64,000 nucleotides of DNA, from positions 210,428,001 through 210,492,000 of the forward strand of contig OZ024740.1 of assembly GCA_964016885.1 (NCBI GenBank), given 5' to 3'. Positions within the stretch are counted from its first letter, which is position 1. The number at the start of each line of letters is the position of its first letter. The position numbers were made by a program, and so were the translations under genes. Under the pieces are notes generated by a model. The model searched no databases. It saw only the letters and a program-made list of their open reading frames with translations, and was not told the origin of the DNA. Of the stretch, positions 37,495-50,900 are shown piece after piece. Source of the stretch: Eledone cirrhosa (Eukaryota).

Positions 37495-39068
37495 TTACCT
37501 ATGTTCTAGTCTTGACATGGTTTCTACAGCTGGATTCTCCACCTATGTTCTAGTCTTGACATGGATTCTCCACCTATGTTCTAGTCTTGACATGGATTCT
37601 ACAGCTAGATTCTCCACCTATGTTCTAGTCTTGACATGGTTTCTACAGCTGGATTCTCCACCTATGTTCTGGTCTTGACATAGTTTCTACAGCTGGATTC
37701 TCCACCTATGTTCTAGTCTTGACATGGTTTCTACAGCTGGATTCTCCACCTATGTTCTGGTCTTGACATAGTTTCTACAGCTGGATTCTCCACCTATGTT
37801 CTAGTCTTGACATGGTTTCTACAGCTAGATTCTCCACCTATGTTCTAGTCTTGACATGGTTTCTACAGCTGGATTCTCCACCTATCTTCTAGTCTTGACA
37901 TAGTTTCTACAGCTGGATTCTCCACCTATGTTCTAGTCTTGACATAGTTTCTACAGCTGGATTCTCCACCTATCTTCTAGTCTTGACATGGTTTCTACAG
38001 CTGGATTCTCCACCTATGTTCTAGTCTTGACATGGTTTCTACAGCTGGATTCTCCACCTATGTTCTAGTCTTGACATGGTTTCTACAGCTGGATTCTCCA
38101 CCTATCTTCTAGTCTTGACATGGTTTCTACAGCTGGATTCTCCACCTATGTTCTAGTCTTGACATAGTTTCTACAGCTGGATTCTCCACCTATGTTCTAG
38201 TCTTGACATGGTTTCTACAGCTGGATTCTCCACCTATGTTCTAGTCTTGACATGGTTTCTACAGCTGGATTCTCCACCTATGTTCTAGTCTTGACATGGT
38301 TTCTACAGCTGGATTCTCCACCTATGTTCTAGTCTTGACATGGTTTCTACAGCTGGATTCTCCACCTATGTTCTAGTCTTGACATGGTTTCTACAGCTAG
38401 ATTCTCCACCTATGTTCTAGTCTTGACATGGTTTCTACAGCTGGATTCTCCACCTATCTTCTAGTCTTGACATAGTTTCTACAGCTGGATTCTCCACCTA
38501 TGTTCTAGTCTTGACATGGTTTCTACAGCTGGATTCTCCACCTATCTTCTAGTCTTGACATGGTTTCTACAGCTGGATTCTCCACCTATGTTCTAGTCTT
38601 GACATGGTTTCTACAGCTGGATTCTCCACCTATCTTCTAGTCTTGACATGGTTTCTACAGCTGGATTCTCCACCTATGTTCTAGTCTTGACATGGTTTCT
38701 ACAGCTGGATTCTCCACCTATGTTCTAGTCTTGACATGGTTTCTACAGCTGGATTCTCCACCTATGTTCTAGTCTTGACATGGTTTCTACAGCTGGATTC
38801 TCCACCTATCTTCTAGTCTTGACATAGTTTCTACAGCTGGATTCTCCACCTATGTTCTAGTCTTGACATAGTTTCTACAGCTGGATTCTCCACCTATGTT
38901 CTAGTCTTGACATGGTTTCTACAGCTGGATTCTCCACCTATGTTCTAGTCTTGACATAGTTTCTACAGCTGGATTCTCCACCTATGTTCTAGTCTTGACA
39001 TGGTTTCTACAGCTGGATTCTGCACCTATGTTCTAGTCTTGACATAGTTTCTACAGCTGGATTCTCCT
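37495..39068. repeat. Intronic 44-bp minisatellite (CACCTATGTTCTAGTCTTGACATGGTTTCTACAGCTGGATTCTC, ~35 copies)
   Basis: Direct tandem array; the unit contains the RTE 3'-UTR-like motif TTTCTACAGCTGGAT. Confidence 0.95.
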
Positions 39069-39239
39069 AATTATGTATAACTATTTTGATCCTTACCTAG
39101 TTGAGGGCCAGCATTGTTGCAAGAACCCCTGTGCTTTATAGTCTATGTATAACTGGTCCAGTTGTTAACTATATACCTTATTAAGAGTCAGAACATGATA
39201 GTTTCAGTAAAAACCTTGTATTATTATCTTTGTCTTTAC

Positions 39240-39351
39240 CTGTGGCTCCAATTTCAGCATATGTTTCGCTAATTTGGCTATTTCGTTTTGGGATGCTTTC
39301 AGATCGGTTTGTCCGACGGACCACAATGCCATCTCCAGAACCACCATCAAC
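39240..39351 (-). CDS. Internal exon (112 nt) of the adaptor-like gene
   Basis: Polypyrimidine..CACCAAG|GTT; reads VDGGSGDGIVVRRTNRSESIPKRNSQISETYAEIGAT; G|GTAAAG donor; phase 0 in, phase 1 out. Confidence 0.85.
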
Positions 39352-40401
39352 CTTGGTGAGGAACGAGAGAGAAAGAAAGAACAGTTAAGTGATTACACTA
39401 AATTGAGTAACAAGAACTATACTGATGTAATTTGAAAAACAAAACAAAACGCTGAGTCCACCCTGTAAGATGGTCATGCAGGTGACATGACAAACAGCAC
39501 CCAGTCTAGCCTGTTATGTGTTTGTGCTTGTGTTGGTGACACAACAAAAGCCACCCAGTAAGGTGATTGTGTTGGTGACACAAACAAAAAGCACCCAGTA
39601 AGGTGGTCATGCTGGTGACAAGACAAAAAGCACCCAGTAAGGTGATAGTGCTGTCGACACAACAAAAGACATTCAGTTTGACCTGTTAAGTGGTTGTTTT
39701 GGGGCCACGATAAAAAGCACCCAGTCTACACTGTAACATGGTTGGCATTAGGAAGGGCATCCTGCTGTAGACACCAAGCCAAAATACAGAACTGTATGAG
39801 CATAACATGGTTTCTGGATCTAACAACCTGTCTTACCCATGCAAGCGGGGAAAGTAGACATTAGATAATGATGATGATCCTCATCGTCATCATTTTATAT
39901 CAGTTTTCCACACTGGCATGGGTTGCATGGTAATAATCAGTTTTTATTTGTAGTTGTTGCCCTCCTAGACAGGTTGGGAACCATGACATGTTTCTATGTT
40001 ACAAACTTTGGCCTGGTTTATACAACCGGATGTCTATCCTAACATCAACCACTTTACAGAATGAGGTAAGTAGATTTTATTGTGGCAACAGCACTGGAGA
40101 CATTGTTATGTCCTCAACTAATCTATTAAACATGAAGAGAGAAAAGAAAATGACACTCAATGTGGTGTTGAAAGGAGAAAGTAGAAGAACAAGAGTAATT
40201 TAATAAGCATTTAAAAAGCATTTAATATTGCACAATACCATTTCAGCTAGTGTGTATAGTTATAAGGGATATCTTAATATATATATATAATGTCCATTTT
40301 TCCACACTAGCATGGGTTAGATGAGTTGTCCCATTGAGATATAAGCCAGGTCTTATGATCACATCTTGCTCATACAGAACTGATTTTGAGCAAGATGTAT
40401 A

Positions 40402-40464
<63 letters not shown>

Positions 40465-40536
40465 GGTGTGGGAAGCTTAAAGCGTCCGTAAGCGGTATGC
40501 CGTTTGAGCACTCAATGCTCTTACAGAGCAGAGTAT

Positions 40537-40740
40537 AATATCACATAAGAAATGGAGAATCAGTGGTGCGACAAATAAGATTTATTAGACATATTACAAT
40601 CGTTTCTCTGCGATTTCAGAGTCAGGTTTGATCATTGCATCAATCGTGCCTCGAGCTGGTCGCCAGAGAAACGATTGTAACATGTCTAATAAATCTTATT
40701 CGTCGCACCACTGATTCTCCGTTTCTTATTTATGTGATCA
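40537..40740. mobile_element. Foldback mini-element, ~70-bp inverted arms with GAAAC-gatt-GTA hammerhead 3' half and AATAAA
   Basis: ATAAGAAATGGAGAATCAGTGGTGCGAC..ACAATCGTTTCTCTG pairs with CAGAGAAACGATTGT..GTCGCACCACTGATTCTCCGTTTCTTAT. Confidence 0.65.
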
Positions 40741-41084
40741 CCATCATCATCATCATTTTATGTCCGCTTTTCCCTGTTTGCAAGGGTGGGACGGGAACTG
40801 ATTCTGGCTTGATTTCTACAGCTGGATGCCCTTCCTAACACCAACCTCATTTAGAGTGAGTGCTGGGAGCTTTTTTGCGGTGGCACCTCCACGACCACTT
40901 TGCAGTGGAATGATAGGGACCCCAGTCCTATCATCTCATTTCTACAGCTGAGTAAACTGGAACAATGTGAAATAAAGTGTCTTGCTCAAGGAAACAACAC
41001 ATTACCCAGTCTGAGAATTGAACTCACAACCTTTTGATTGCAAGGCCAATGCTCTAACCACTAAAGCTTCATATATATATATAT

Positions 41085-41163
<79 letters not shown>

Positions 41164-41899
41164 ACAAAGATAGAAAAACTAAAACAATAGCAACAAGAAA
41201 GTTAGCACATCATCATCATATAGTAAATAAAAGGAATGGAGAAACAGAGAGAGGAAAACAAGAACATTTTCAGGAAGACATTAAAATGCTTGGGAAACAT
41301 GGAAATACTCATCATCAAACATTTTCACAGTTTCGTACCACCACATTACATATAGTTGAGGCAAGTGGCCTTGTGGTAAGGGTGTTGGACTTACAATCAT
41401 CATGTCTTCGGTTCAATTCCTTGATGAGGTTATGTTCTTGACCAAAACACTTCATTACACATTGCTCCGGTATACTCAGCCGAAAATGAGTATCAGCAAC
41501 AGCTGAGGGTTTAACCCTACAATGGACTGGCATCTTGTCCAGGGGGGGAGGAGGGAGTCTTGTACTATCAGTCACTTCACACCATGGAAACAGAGATAAG
41601 CACCAGCGTAATAAACCTCCGGGCTTGATTCGGACTTCTTTTTTTAAGACATTACATATACTTTTGTTTAATTGCGTAATGCACACCAACTAGTATTGTT
41701 ATAACTATAAATAGGTTAAACATACAGTATTGGAAAGGACTATAAATGCCATGAAAGGAAAAGGAGGGGGAAGAGCAAGGACTACTAGACAAAAGAGGAA
41801 AGAAAGGGGGAAGAGGAGAAGGTGAGAGATTTTAGACATTACGTATACTAAACATTCAATTGTTCAGTAATATATATAAAACAAGTAGCTTATACTTAC

Positions 41900-42021
41900 A
41901 GTAGCGTAGGTATTCTCTGTCTCTGGAACAGTTTCATACATATTCAGCAGTCTCTGTCGGGCATTTATACTAGATAGTGACTCCCTGGCTGTCACTTTTG
42001 TGTAGGGGTATTCTGGTTTGG
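41900..42021 (-). CDS. Internal exon (122 nt) of the adaptor-like gene
   Basis: TTTTTTCTTCCTCTGCCCACCACAG|CC; reads KPEYPYTKVTARESLSSINARQRLLNMYETVPETENTYAT; |GTAAGT donor; phase 1 in, phase 0 out. Confidence 0.85.
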
Positions 42022-42499
42022 CTGTGGTGGGCAGAGGAAGAAAAAACTATATATATATTCAGTAGGGTGGAGGAGGAAGAGAGAGAGAAGGGAGAGGGGA
42101 GAAGGAAGTGAGAGAAAGAAGAGAGAGAAGGGAAGAGAGTGGAGAGAGAGCGAGATATGACAAGCTGTGTGTACAATGGGAGTAGAAGCACTTGGTATGA
42201 CACCAGTATATTACTGGTATTTGAGTAAATGAAAGTTAGTCCGTTAGTTTATAATTGTTCCAGCTGTTTGATCAATGGAATGACCTACATTTTAAACTAA
42301 CATATTAGTGACTGAGTTGTTGTGCTGAACTCGTATTGAGTGTTATCTAACAAGTGTTGAGTAATTATTTAACAACAGCCAGTCTTGTCACACTGAATCT
42401 CCCTGAGAATTATGTTAAAGGTACATAAGTCTGGAAGGCTCAACTCCTTACACATTACTTCCATGACCAGGCAGTTCCATTGATAAAAAAACTGAAATT

Positions 42500-43627
42500 A
42501 CTTTACCTATTTACATTACTCTATATTTACTATTATATCCTCACATAACATTTACATTACTCTATATATACTATTATATTATATTTTCAAGGTAAAGGCT
42601 TTACCTCACATAACATTTACATTACTTTATATATACTATTATATTTTCATAGTAAAGGCTTTACCTCACATGATATCTCACATAACATTTACATTACTCT
42701 ATATATACTATTATATTTCCATAGTAAAGGCTTTACCTCACATAACATTTACATTACTCTATATATACTATTATATTTTCATAGTAAAGGCTTTACCTCA
42801 CATAACATTTACATTACTCTATATATACTATTATATTTCCATGGTAAAGGCTTTACCTCACATAACATTTACATTACTCTATATATACTATTATATTTAC
42901 TTAGTAAAGGCTTTACCTCACATAACATTTACATTATTCTATATTTACTATTATATTTTCATAGTAAAGGCTTTACCTCACATAACATTTACATTATTCT
43001 ATATTTACTATTATATTTTCATGGTAAAGGCTTTACCTCACATAACATTTACATTACTCTATATATACTATTATATTTACTTAGTAAAGGCTTTATCTCA
43101 CATAACATTTACATTATTCTATATTTACTATTATATTTTCATAGTAAAGGCTTTACCTCACATAACATTTACATTACTCTATATATACTATTCTATTATA
43201 TTTTCATAGTAAAGGCTTTACCTCACATAACATTTACATTACTCTATATATACTATTATATTTTCATAGTAAAGGCTTTACCTCACATAACATTTACATT
43301 ACTCTGTATATACTATTATATTTCCATAGTAAAGGCTTTACCTCACATAACATTTACATTACTCTATATATACTATTATATTTCCATAGTAAAGGCTTTA
43401 CCTCACATAACATTTACATTATTCTATATTTACTATTATATTTTCATGGTAAAGGCTTTACTTCACATATTTATCTTAAATAATATCGAATCTGCGAGAT
43501 TTTGATGTTATTTATTTTGAGAATAATACCTTAACATCAGTATGAGTGGCCAGCTACAGCTGGTTTGAACAGAAAGCGGTGAGAGAATTCTGACCTGATA
43601 CAGCTGGTTTAAATGCTAAAGGGTTAA
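42500..43627. repeat. 60-bp minisatellite (~15 copies) expanded inside a copy of the TTAA MITE
   Basis: Unit ATAGTAAAGGCTTTACCTCACATAACATTTACATTACTCTATATATACTATTATATTTTC resembles MITE 26775-26833; the array continues into the MITE right half ending TGCTAAAGGG|TTAA at 43623-43627. Confidence 0.85.
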
Positions 43628-43717
43628 GGCAAAAGTACTGTCTTATAATATTACAAGTCTTATACTCCATTGTAATGCTGCTTGGCTAGAAATGAGAGGA
43701 TAAGACCATGTGATTTT

Positions 43718-46700
43718 GATGGCATGGATCTGTGACTGCTGACATGGATCTGTGATTGACAGCATGGATCTGGGATTGATGGTATGGATCTGGGGCTGAT
43801 GGCATGGATTTGTGACTGATGGCATGGATCTGGGACTGATGGTATGGATCTGGGACTGATGGCATCGATCTAGGACTGCTGGCATGGATTTGTGACTGAT
43901 GACATAGATCTGGGACTGGTGTCATGGATCTGGGACTGGTGTCATGGATCTGGGACTGGTGTCATGGATCTGGGACTGGTGACATGGATCTGGGACTGGT
44001 GTCATGGATCTGGGACTGGTGTCATGGATCTGGGACTGGTGTCATGGATCTGGGACTGATGGCATCGATCTGGGACTGATGGCATGGATCTGGGACTGGT
44101 GTCATGGATCTGGGACTGGTGACATGGATCTGGGACTGGTGACATGGATCTGGGACTGGTGACATGGATCTGGGACTGGTGACATGGATCTGGGACTGGT
44201 GGCATGGATCTGGGACTGATGGCATGGATCTGGGACTGGTGGCATGGATCTGGGACTGATGGCATGGATCTGGGACTGGTGTCATGGATTTAGGACTGGT
44301 GACATGGATCTGGGACTGGTGACATGGATCTGGGACTGGTGGCATGGATCTGGGACTGGTGTCATGGATCTGGGACTGGTGACATGGATCTGGGACTGGT
44401 GGCATGGATCTGGGACTGATGGCATGGATCTGGGACTGGTGTCATGGATCTAGGACTGGTGTCATGGATCTGGGACTGGTGACATGGATCTGGTACTGGT
44501 GACATGGATCTGGGACTGGTGGCATGGATCTGGGACTGGTGTCATGGATCTAGGACTGGTGTCATGGATCTGGGACTGGTGTCATGGATCTGGGACTGGT
44601 GACATGGATCTGGGACTGATGGCATCGATCTGGGACTGATGGCATGGATCTGGGACTGATGGCATCGATCTGGGACTGATGGCATGGATCTGGGACTGGT
44701 GTCATGGATCTGGGACTGGTGTCATGGATCTGGGACTGGTGGCATGGATCTGGGACTGGTGTCATCGATCTGGGACTGATGGCATCGATCTGGGACTGAT
44801 GGCATGGATCTGGGACTGGTGTCATGGATCTGGGACTGGTGACATGGATCTGGGACTGGTGACATGGATCTGGGACTGGTGACATGGATCTGGGACTGGT
44901 GTCATGGATCTGGGACTGATGGCATCGATCTGGGACTGATGGCATGGATCTGGGACTGGTGTCATGGATCTGGGACTGATGGCATCGATCTGGGACTGAT
45001 GGCATGGATCTGGGACTGGTGACATGGATCTGGGACTGGTGTCATGGATCTGGGACTGGTGACATGGATCTGGGACTGGTGGCATGGATCTGGGACTGAT
45101 GGCATGGATCTGGGACTGGTGGCATGGATCTGGGACTGATGGCATGGATCTGGGACTGGTGTCATGGATCTAGGACTGGTGTCATGGATCTGGGACTGGT
45201 GACATGGATCTGGGACTGGTGACATGGATCTGGGACTGGTGGCATGGATCTGGGACTGGTGTCATGGATCTGGGACTGGTGTCATGGATCTGGGACTGGT
45301 GACATGGATCTGGGACTGGTGTCATGGATCTGGGATTGGTGACATGGATCTAGGACTGGTGTCAGGGATCTGGGACTGGTGACATGGATCTGGGACTGGT
45401 GTCATGGATCTGGGACTGATGGCATCGATCTGGGACTGATGGCATGGATCTGGGACTGGTGTCATGGATCTGGGACTGATGGCATCGATCTGGGACTGAT
45501 GGCATGGATCTGGGACTGGTGTCATGGATCTGGGACTGATGGCATCGATCTGGGACTGGTGGCATGGATCTGGGACTGGTGTCATGGATCTGGGACTGGT
45601 GTCATGGATCTGGGACTGGTGACATGGATCTGGGACTGGTGTCATGGATCTGGGATTGGTGACATGGATCTAGGACTGGTGTCAGGGATCTGGGACTGGT
45701 GACATGGATCTGGGACTGGTGACATGGATCTGGGACTGGTGGCATGGATCTGGGACTGGTGTCATGGATCTGGGACTGGTGACATGGATCTGGGACTGGT
45801 GGCATGGATCTGGGACTGATGGCATGGATCTGGGACTGGTGTCATGGATCTAGGACTGGTGTCATGGATCTGGGACTGGTGACATGGATCTGGGACTGGT
45901 GGCATGGATCTGGGACTGATGGCATGGATCTGGGACTGGTGTCATGGATCTGGGACTGGTGACATGGATCTGGGACTGGTGGCATGGATCTGGGACTGAT
46001 GGCATGGATCTGGGACTGGTGTCATGGATCTAGGACTGGTGTCATGGATCTGGGACTGGTGACATGGATCTGGGACTGGTGTCATGGATCTGGGACTGGT
46101 GTCATGGATCTAGGACTGGTGTCATGGATCTGGGACTGGTGTCATGGATCTGGGACTGGTGACATGGATCTGGGACTGATGGCATGGATCTGGGACTGAT
46201 GGCATGGATCTGGGACTGGTGTCATGGATCTGGGACTGGTGTCATGGATCTGGGACTGATGGCATGGATCTGGGACTGGTGTCATGGATCTGGGACTGGT
46301 GTCATGGATCTGGGACTGGTGGCATGGATCTGGGACTGGTGTCATCGATCTGGGACTGATGGCATGGATCTGGGACTGGTGTCATGGATCTGGGATTGAT
46401 GGCATGGATCTGGGACTGATGTCATCGATCTGGGACTGATGGCATGGATCTGGGACTTGTGGCATGGATCTGGGACTGGTGTCATGGATCTGGGACTGGT
46501 GGCATGGATCTGGGACTGGTGGCATGGATCTGGTGTCATGGATCTGGGACTGGTGGCATGGATCTGGGACTGATGGCATGGATCTGGGACTAATGACATG
46601 GATCTGGGACTGGTGGCATGGATCTGGGACTGATGGCATGGATCTGGGACTGGTGTTATCGATCTGGGACTGATGGCATGGATCTGGGACTGGTGGCATG

Positions 46701-48310
46701 GATCTGGGACTGGTGTCATCGATCTGGGACTGATGGCATGGGACTGGTGGCATGGATCTGGGACTGGTGTCATGGATCTGGGACTGGTGGCATGGATCTG
46801 GGACTGGTGGCATGGATCTGGGACTGATGGCATGGATCTGGGACTGGTGGCATGGATCTGGGACTGGTGGCATGGATCTGGGACTGATGGCATGGATCTG
46901 GGAATGGTGGCATGGATCTGGGACTGGTGGCATGGATCTGGGACTGGTGGCATGGATCTGGGACTGATGGCATCGATCTGGGACTGGTGTCATGGATCTG
47001 GGACTGGTGTCATGGATCTGGGACTGGTGGCATGGATCTGGGACTGGTGGCATGGATCTGGGACTGGTGTCATGGATCTGGGACTGGTGTCATGGACCTG
47101 GGACTGATGGCATGGATCTGGGACTGGTGACATGGATCTGGGACTGTTGTCATGGATCTGGGACTGGTGGCATGGATCTGGGACTGGTGGCATGGATCTG
47201 GGACTGGTGGCATGGATCTGGGACTGGTGTCATGGATCTGGGAGTGGTGGCATGGATCTGGGACTGGTGGCATGGATCTGGGACTGATGGCATGGATCTG
47301 GGACTGATGGCATGGATCTGGGACTGATGGCATGGATCTGGGACTAATGGCATGGATCTGGGACTGGTGACATGGATCTGGGACTGGTGTCATGGATCTG
47401 GGACTGGTGACATGGATCTGGGACTGGTGGCATGGATCTGGGACTGATGGCATGGATCTGGGACTGGTGGCATGGATCTGGGACTGGTGGCATGGATCTG
47501 GGACTGGTGTCATGGATCTGGGACATGTGTCATGGATCTGGGACTGGTGTCATGGATCTGGGACTGGTGGCATGGATCTGGGACTGGTGGCATGGATCTG
47601 GGACTGGTGGCATGGATCTGGGACTGGTGGCATGGATCTGGGACTGGTGTCATGGATCTGGGACTGGTGGCATGGATCTGGGACTGATGGCATGGATCTG
47701 GGACTGATGGCATGGATCTGGGACTGGTGTCATGGATCTGGGACATGTGTCATGGATCTGGGACTGGCGACATGGATCTGGGACTGGCGGCATGGATCTG
47801 GGACTCGTGGCATGGATCTGGGACTGGTGTCATGGATCTGGGACTGGTGTCATGGATCTGGGACTGTTGTCATGGATCTGGGACTGATGGCATGGATCTG
47901 GGACTGGTGTCATGGATCTGGGATAGGTGTCATGGATCTGGGACATGTGTCATGGATCTGGGACTGGTGTCATGGATCTGGGACTGGTGGCATGATCTGG
48001 GACTGGTGGCATGGATCTGGGACTGGTGTCATGGATCTGGGACTGGTGTCATGGATCTGGGACTGGTGTCATGGATCTGGGACTGGTGTCATGGATCTGG
48101 GATTGGTGGCATGGATCTGTGACTGGTGTCATGGATCTGGGACTGGTGTCATGGATCTGGGATTGGTGGCATGGATCTGGGACTGGTGACATGGATCTGG
48201 GACTGGTGTCATGGATCTGGGACTGGTGGCATGGATCTGGGACTGATGGCATGGATCTGGGACTGATGATATGGCTCTGGAACTGATGGCATGGCTCTGG
48301 GACTGGTGGC
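43718..48310. repeat. Intronic 20-bp minisatellite (GGCATGGATCTGGGACTGGT, ~230 copies)
   Basis: Direct tandem array with variation concentrated at 2-3 positions; edges are more diverged. Confidence 0.95.
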
Positions 48311-48521
48311 GCTACCTACTCCTATTAGATGCCAAAAGTGACTCTTTCATAGACAGTTATTGTTTTTATGATTAATATTATTTCTTTTATTCTGCTTTGT
48401 TTACATGGTAGTGTAGGTAGTGGTGTTATTGGCAGCAGTGCAGGTGGTAGTGGTATAGGTAGTAGAAGTAGGGGTGTAGGTGGTGGTGGTAGTGTAAATA
48501 GAGATATAAATATTTACTCAC

Positions 48522-49603
48522 GTGGTTGAGCAATCAGCTCTGGCAATAAGATGGGGCCAGCCCCTGCTGGAGCAGCATCCACATGATGATCTGGTTGTGG
48601 GGCGTTGTCACGGTTGAGAAAATCCTCCTCCTTGTATGCCCGGGGTGGTTCTGGTGGGGGTGCCATCAATATATCTGGGGGTACATCTAGGGAGACAGCT
48701 ATGTTGTTCGGGCTTCTTGGCAACTTGTTCACTGTAGCGTAGTCGTCCTCGACAATGTGACTTGGCAGGTCATCGGGAGAGAGGGGTGATGTGGTCTCCG
48801 GAACTGCTATGTTGGCCGACGCTCCTGTTGCTGCGGCTATCGGCAGTAATACTGGGCCAGCCGCTCCACAGCAGCCGTCCGTCGGTCTGCCGTCCACGCT
48901 GGAGTATGGGTCCTCGATGTCAAGCCTCGAAAGTACGACGATGTCTCCCGGGATCTTTGAGTATGGGTCATCTGTGTCGTCTTCGCCGGGCACAATACTG
49001 TAAGAGATATCACGGAATGAAGGGTCTGTTGGAGTGAGGGCCAGAGCCAGTTGGGGTGCTGCCGGTCGCTTTTTGCCAAGCCTCAATGAGGCATAGGTGT
49101 TATCTGCACCATCTTCCTCGTCATCGCCATCAACAGAGGCGTACAACTGCTCACTTCCGTAGTTATCAAAGTCGGCCTGGGTCAACGTGATACAACCACT
49201 CTTCTTCACCACGACCGACGATGATGGGGTACCCACACGGTCATAAGCCGTGTCATATGTATTCTCACCCTCCTCCTCTCCCTCCTCCTCCTCCTCCTGT
49301 GCCTCATGTCTCCGCACCTCATTGTTGTTGTTGTTGTTGCTGCTGCTGCCACTGTTACCACCAGCTCCACTCGCTGGCTGTCCAAGGTGATCGTAAGGGT
49401 CAGGATCCTTACTGTTAACTCCGTCCTCACTGGCCGAGTTACACGCGGCCAGGTGACAGCTTTTGCGGTTACCATTGGGGAGTACATTGGGCGAATGGTT
49501 GACCATTGTGACATCAGGTAAGGGGTGACTGGTTGAAGGACCAGGTGGAGATGGCAGTTGACGACCATTTGGTAGCACGGAACCATCCATGGAACTAGGT
49601 CTG
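48522..49603 (-). CDS. Large internal exon of the adaptor-like gene (upstream exons not identified)
   Basis: NAGNAG acceptor TTTATCTCCAACAG|CAG|; ~360 open codons with YDHL, YDRV, YASV, YASL, ISYSIV, YSKI, YSSV, YATV and PxxP; CCAC|GTGAGT donor, phase 1, matches the exon starting at 42021. Confidence 0.85.
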
Positions 49604-49649
49604 CTGTTGGAGATAAAACATATATATATTGCATGCATTCATATATACA

Positions 49650-49683
<34 letters not shown>

Positions 49684-49684
<1 letters not shown>

Positions 49685-50180
49685 CATCATCATCATCAAC
49701 GTTTAACGTCCGTGTTCCACGCTTGCATGGGTTTGGACGGGGGTAGTCCCACTTGAGGCAAGAGTGATTGTCTTGCTCGCATAGGACTGTCTGGCAGGTT
49801 TTCTACAGTTGGATGCCCTTCCTAACACCAATCACATTTACAGTGTGGGTCTGGGAGGTTTTTACCGTGTTGCCTACACGGCCACATTACAGCGTGGACT
49901 GTGTGTTTTTTTGTCGTGACACCTACACGATCTCATTTGTTTCGGCCTCGATGGCGCGGCACCAACATAACTTTACATAGAACGGGGTGGTGTGGATGGG
50001 GTAGGGGTGGGGGTGGTGGGACGGGGTGTATTTTGTTAGGGATGCCTACTGGCTGGAGTAGGTTTTACTATATATTTAGGTAAGGCGGGTCTTCTCTGTT
50101 ACTGAGTACCGCCAAAGGTCTCGGTCCAGTGACATTGTCTTGGAGAGGTGTAAGTGTGTGATGTCGGAGTTTATCAGCTC

Positions 50181-50182
<2 letters not shown>
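49684..50182 (-). mobile_element. 5'-truncated copy (~500 bp) of the RTE LINE at 51540-55040, in inverted orientation
   Basis: Near-identical reverse complement of 54538-55040, including the (GAT)n tail. Confidence 0.9.
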
Positions 50183-50213
<31 letters not shown>

Positions 50214-50499
50214 AAATTATAATTTGATTTCTTGTTCTCACATAGCGGAATATATGAATGTATTTATTAGTTTTATATCAAATAATAATTGTTTCTACTT
50301 TTAGGCACAAGGCCAGCAATTACCCAGTACATTACTGGTACTTTATTTTATCGACCCCGTAAGAATGAAAGGCAAAGTTAACCTCGGCAGGATTTGAACT
50401 CGAATCAGAAAGGGGCGTAACTCTGTGCTACAAAGCATGTGTCCGACCCTCTACCGATACTGCCAAACCACCGCCCTTATTATTTATATCAAATAATAA

Positions 50500-50900
50500 T
50501 AATATTCGATTTGTTAGCAAGTAAATAACCTCATTACACTATATATGTTTTATGACCATCATCCTCCATTTGTTCTAGCTATGGCATCGAGGAACAGTCA
50601 ACATGTTTCTGGGTTATTGTTCTTTAAAGTATACATCAGTTGATTAGCCTCATTTGCATACCGAGCGATTTTATGCACAGTATGCAAATGAGGCTAATCA
50701 ACCAATGTATACTTTGGAAAATACTATGTATTTTCAAGAGTTCAAATGAGTGGCAGGGAGATGGTCTTGACAAAGAGTAATAACCCAGAAACATGTTGAC
50801 TGTTCCTCGATGCCATAGCTAGAACAAATGGAGGATGATGGTCATAAAAAACATACATAGCGTAATGAGGTTGTTTACTTGCTAACGAATCAAATATTAT
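50500..50900. mobile_element. Foldback element with nested inverted repeats and a degenerate hammerhead (~50760-50804)
   Basis: Outer arms ~50500-50624 / 50772-50900; inner arms 50626-50660 / 50680-50715; gatggtc TTGACAA .. GAAAC-at-GTT gactgtt. Confidence 0.65.

Noticed and set aside
37495-39068. CRISPR-like regular repeats (also 8349-9060, 22318-22550, 30773-30941)
   Set aside because: Units are contiguous with no unique spacers; no cas genes; eukaryotic context.
43643-48286. Many overlapping PVPDPCHQSQ / WIWDW ORFs
   Set aside because: Artefacts of the 20-bp minisatellite in all frames.
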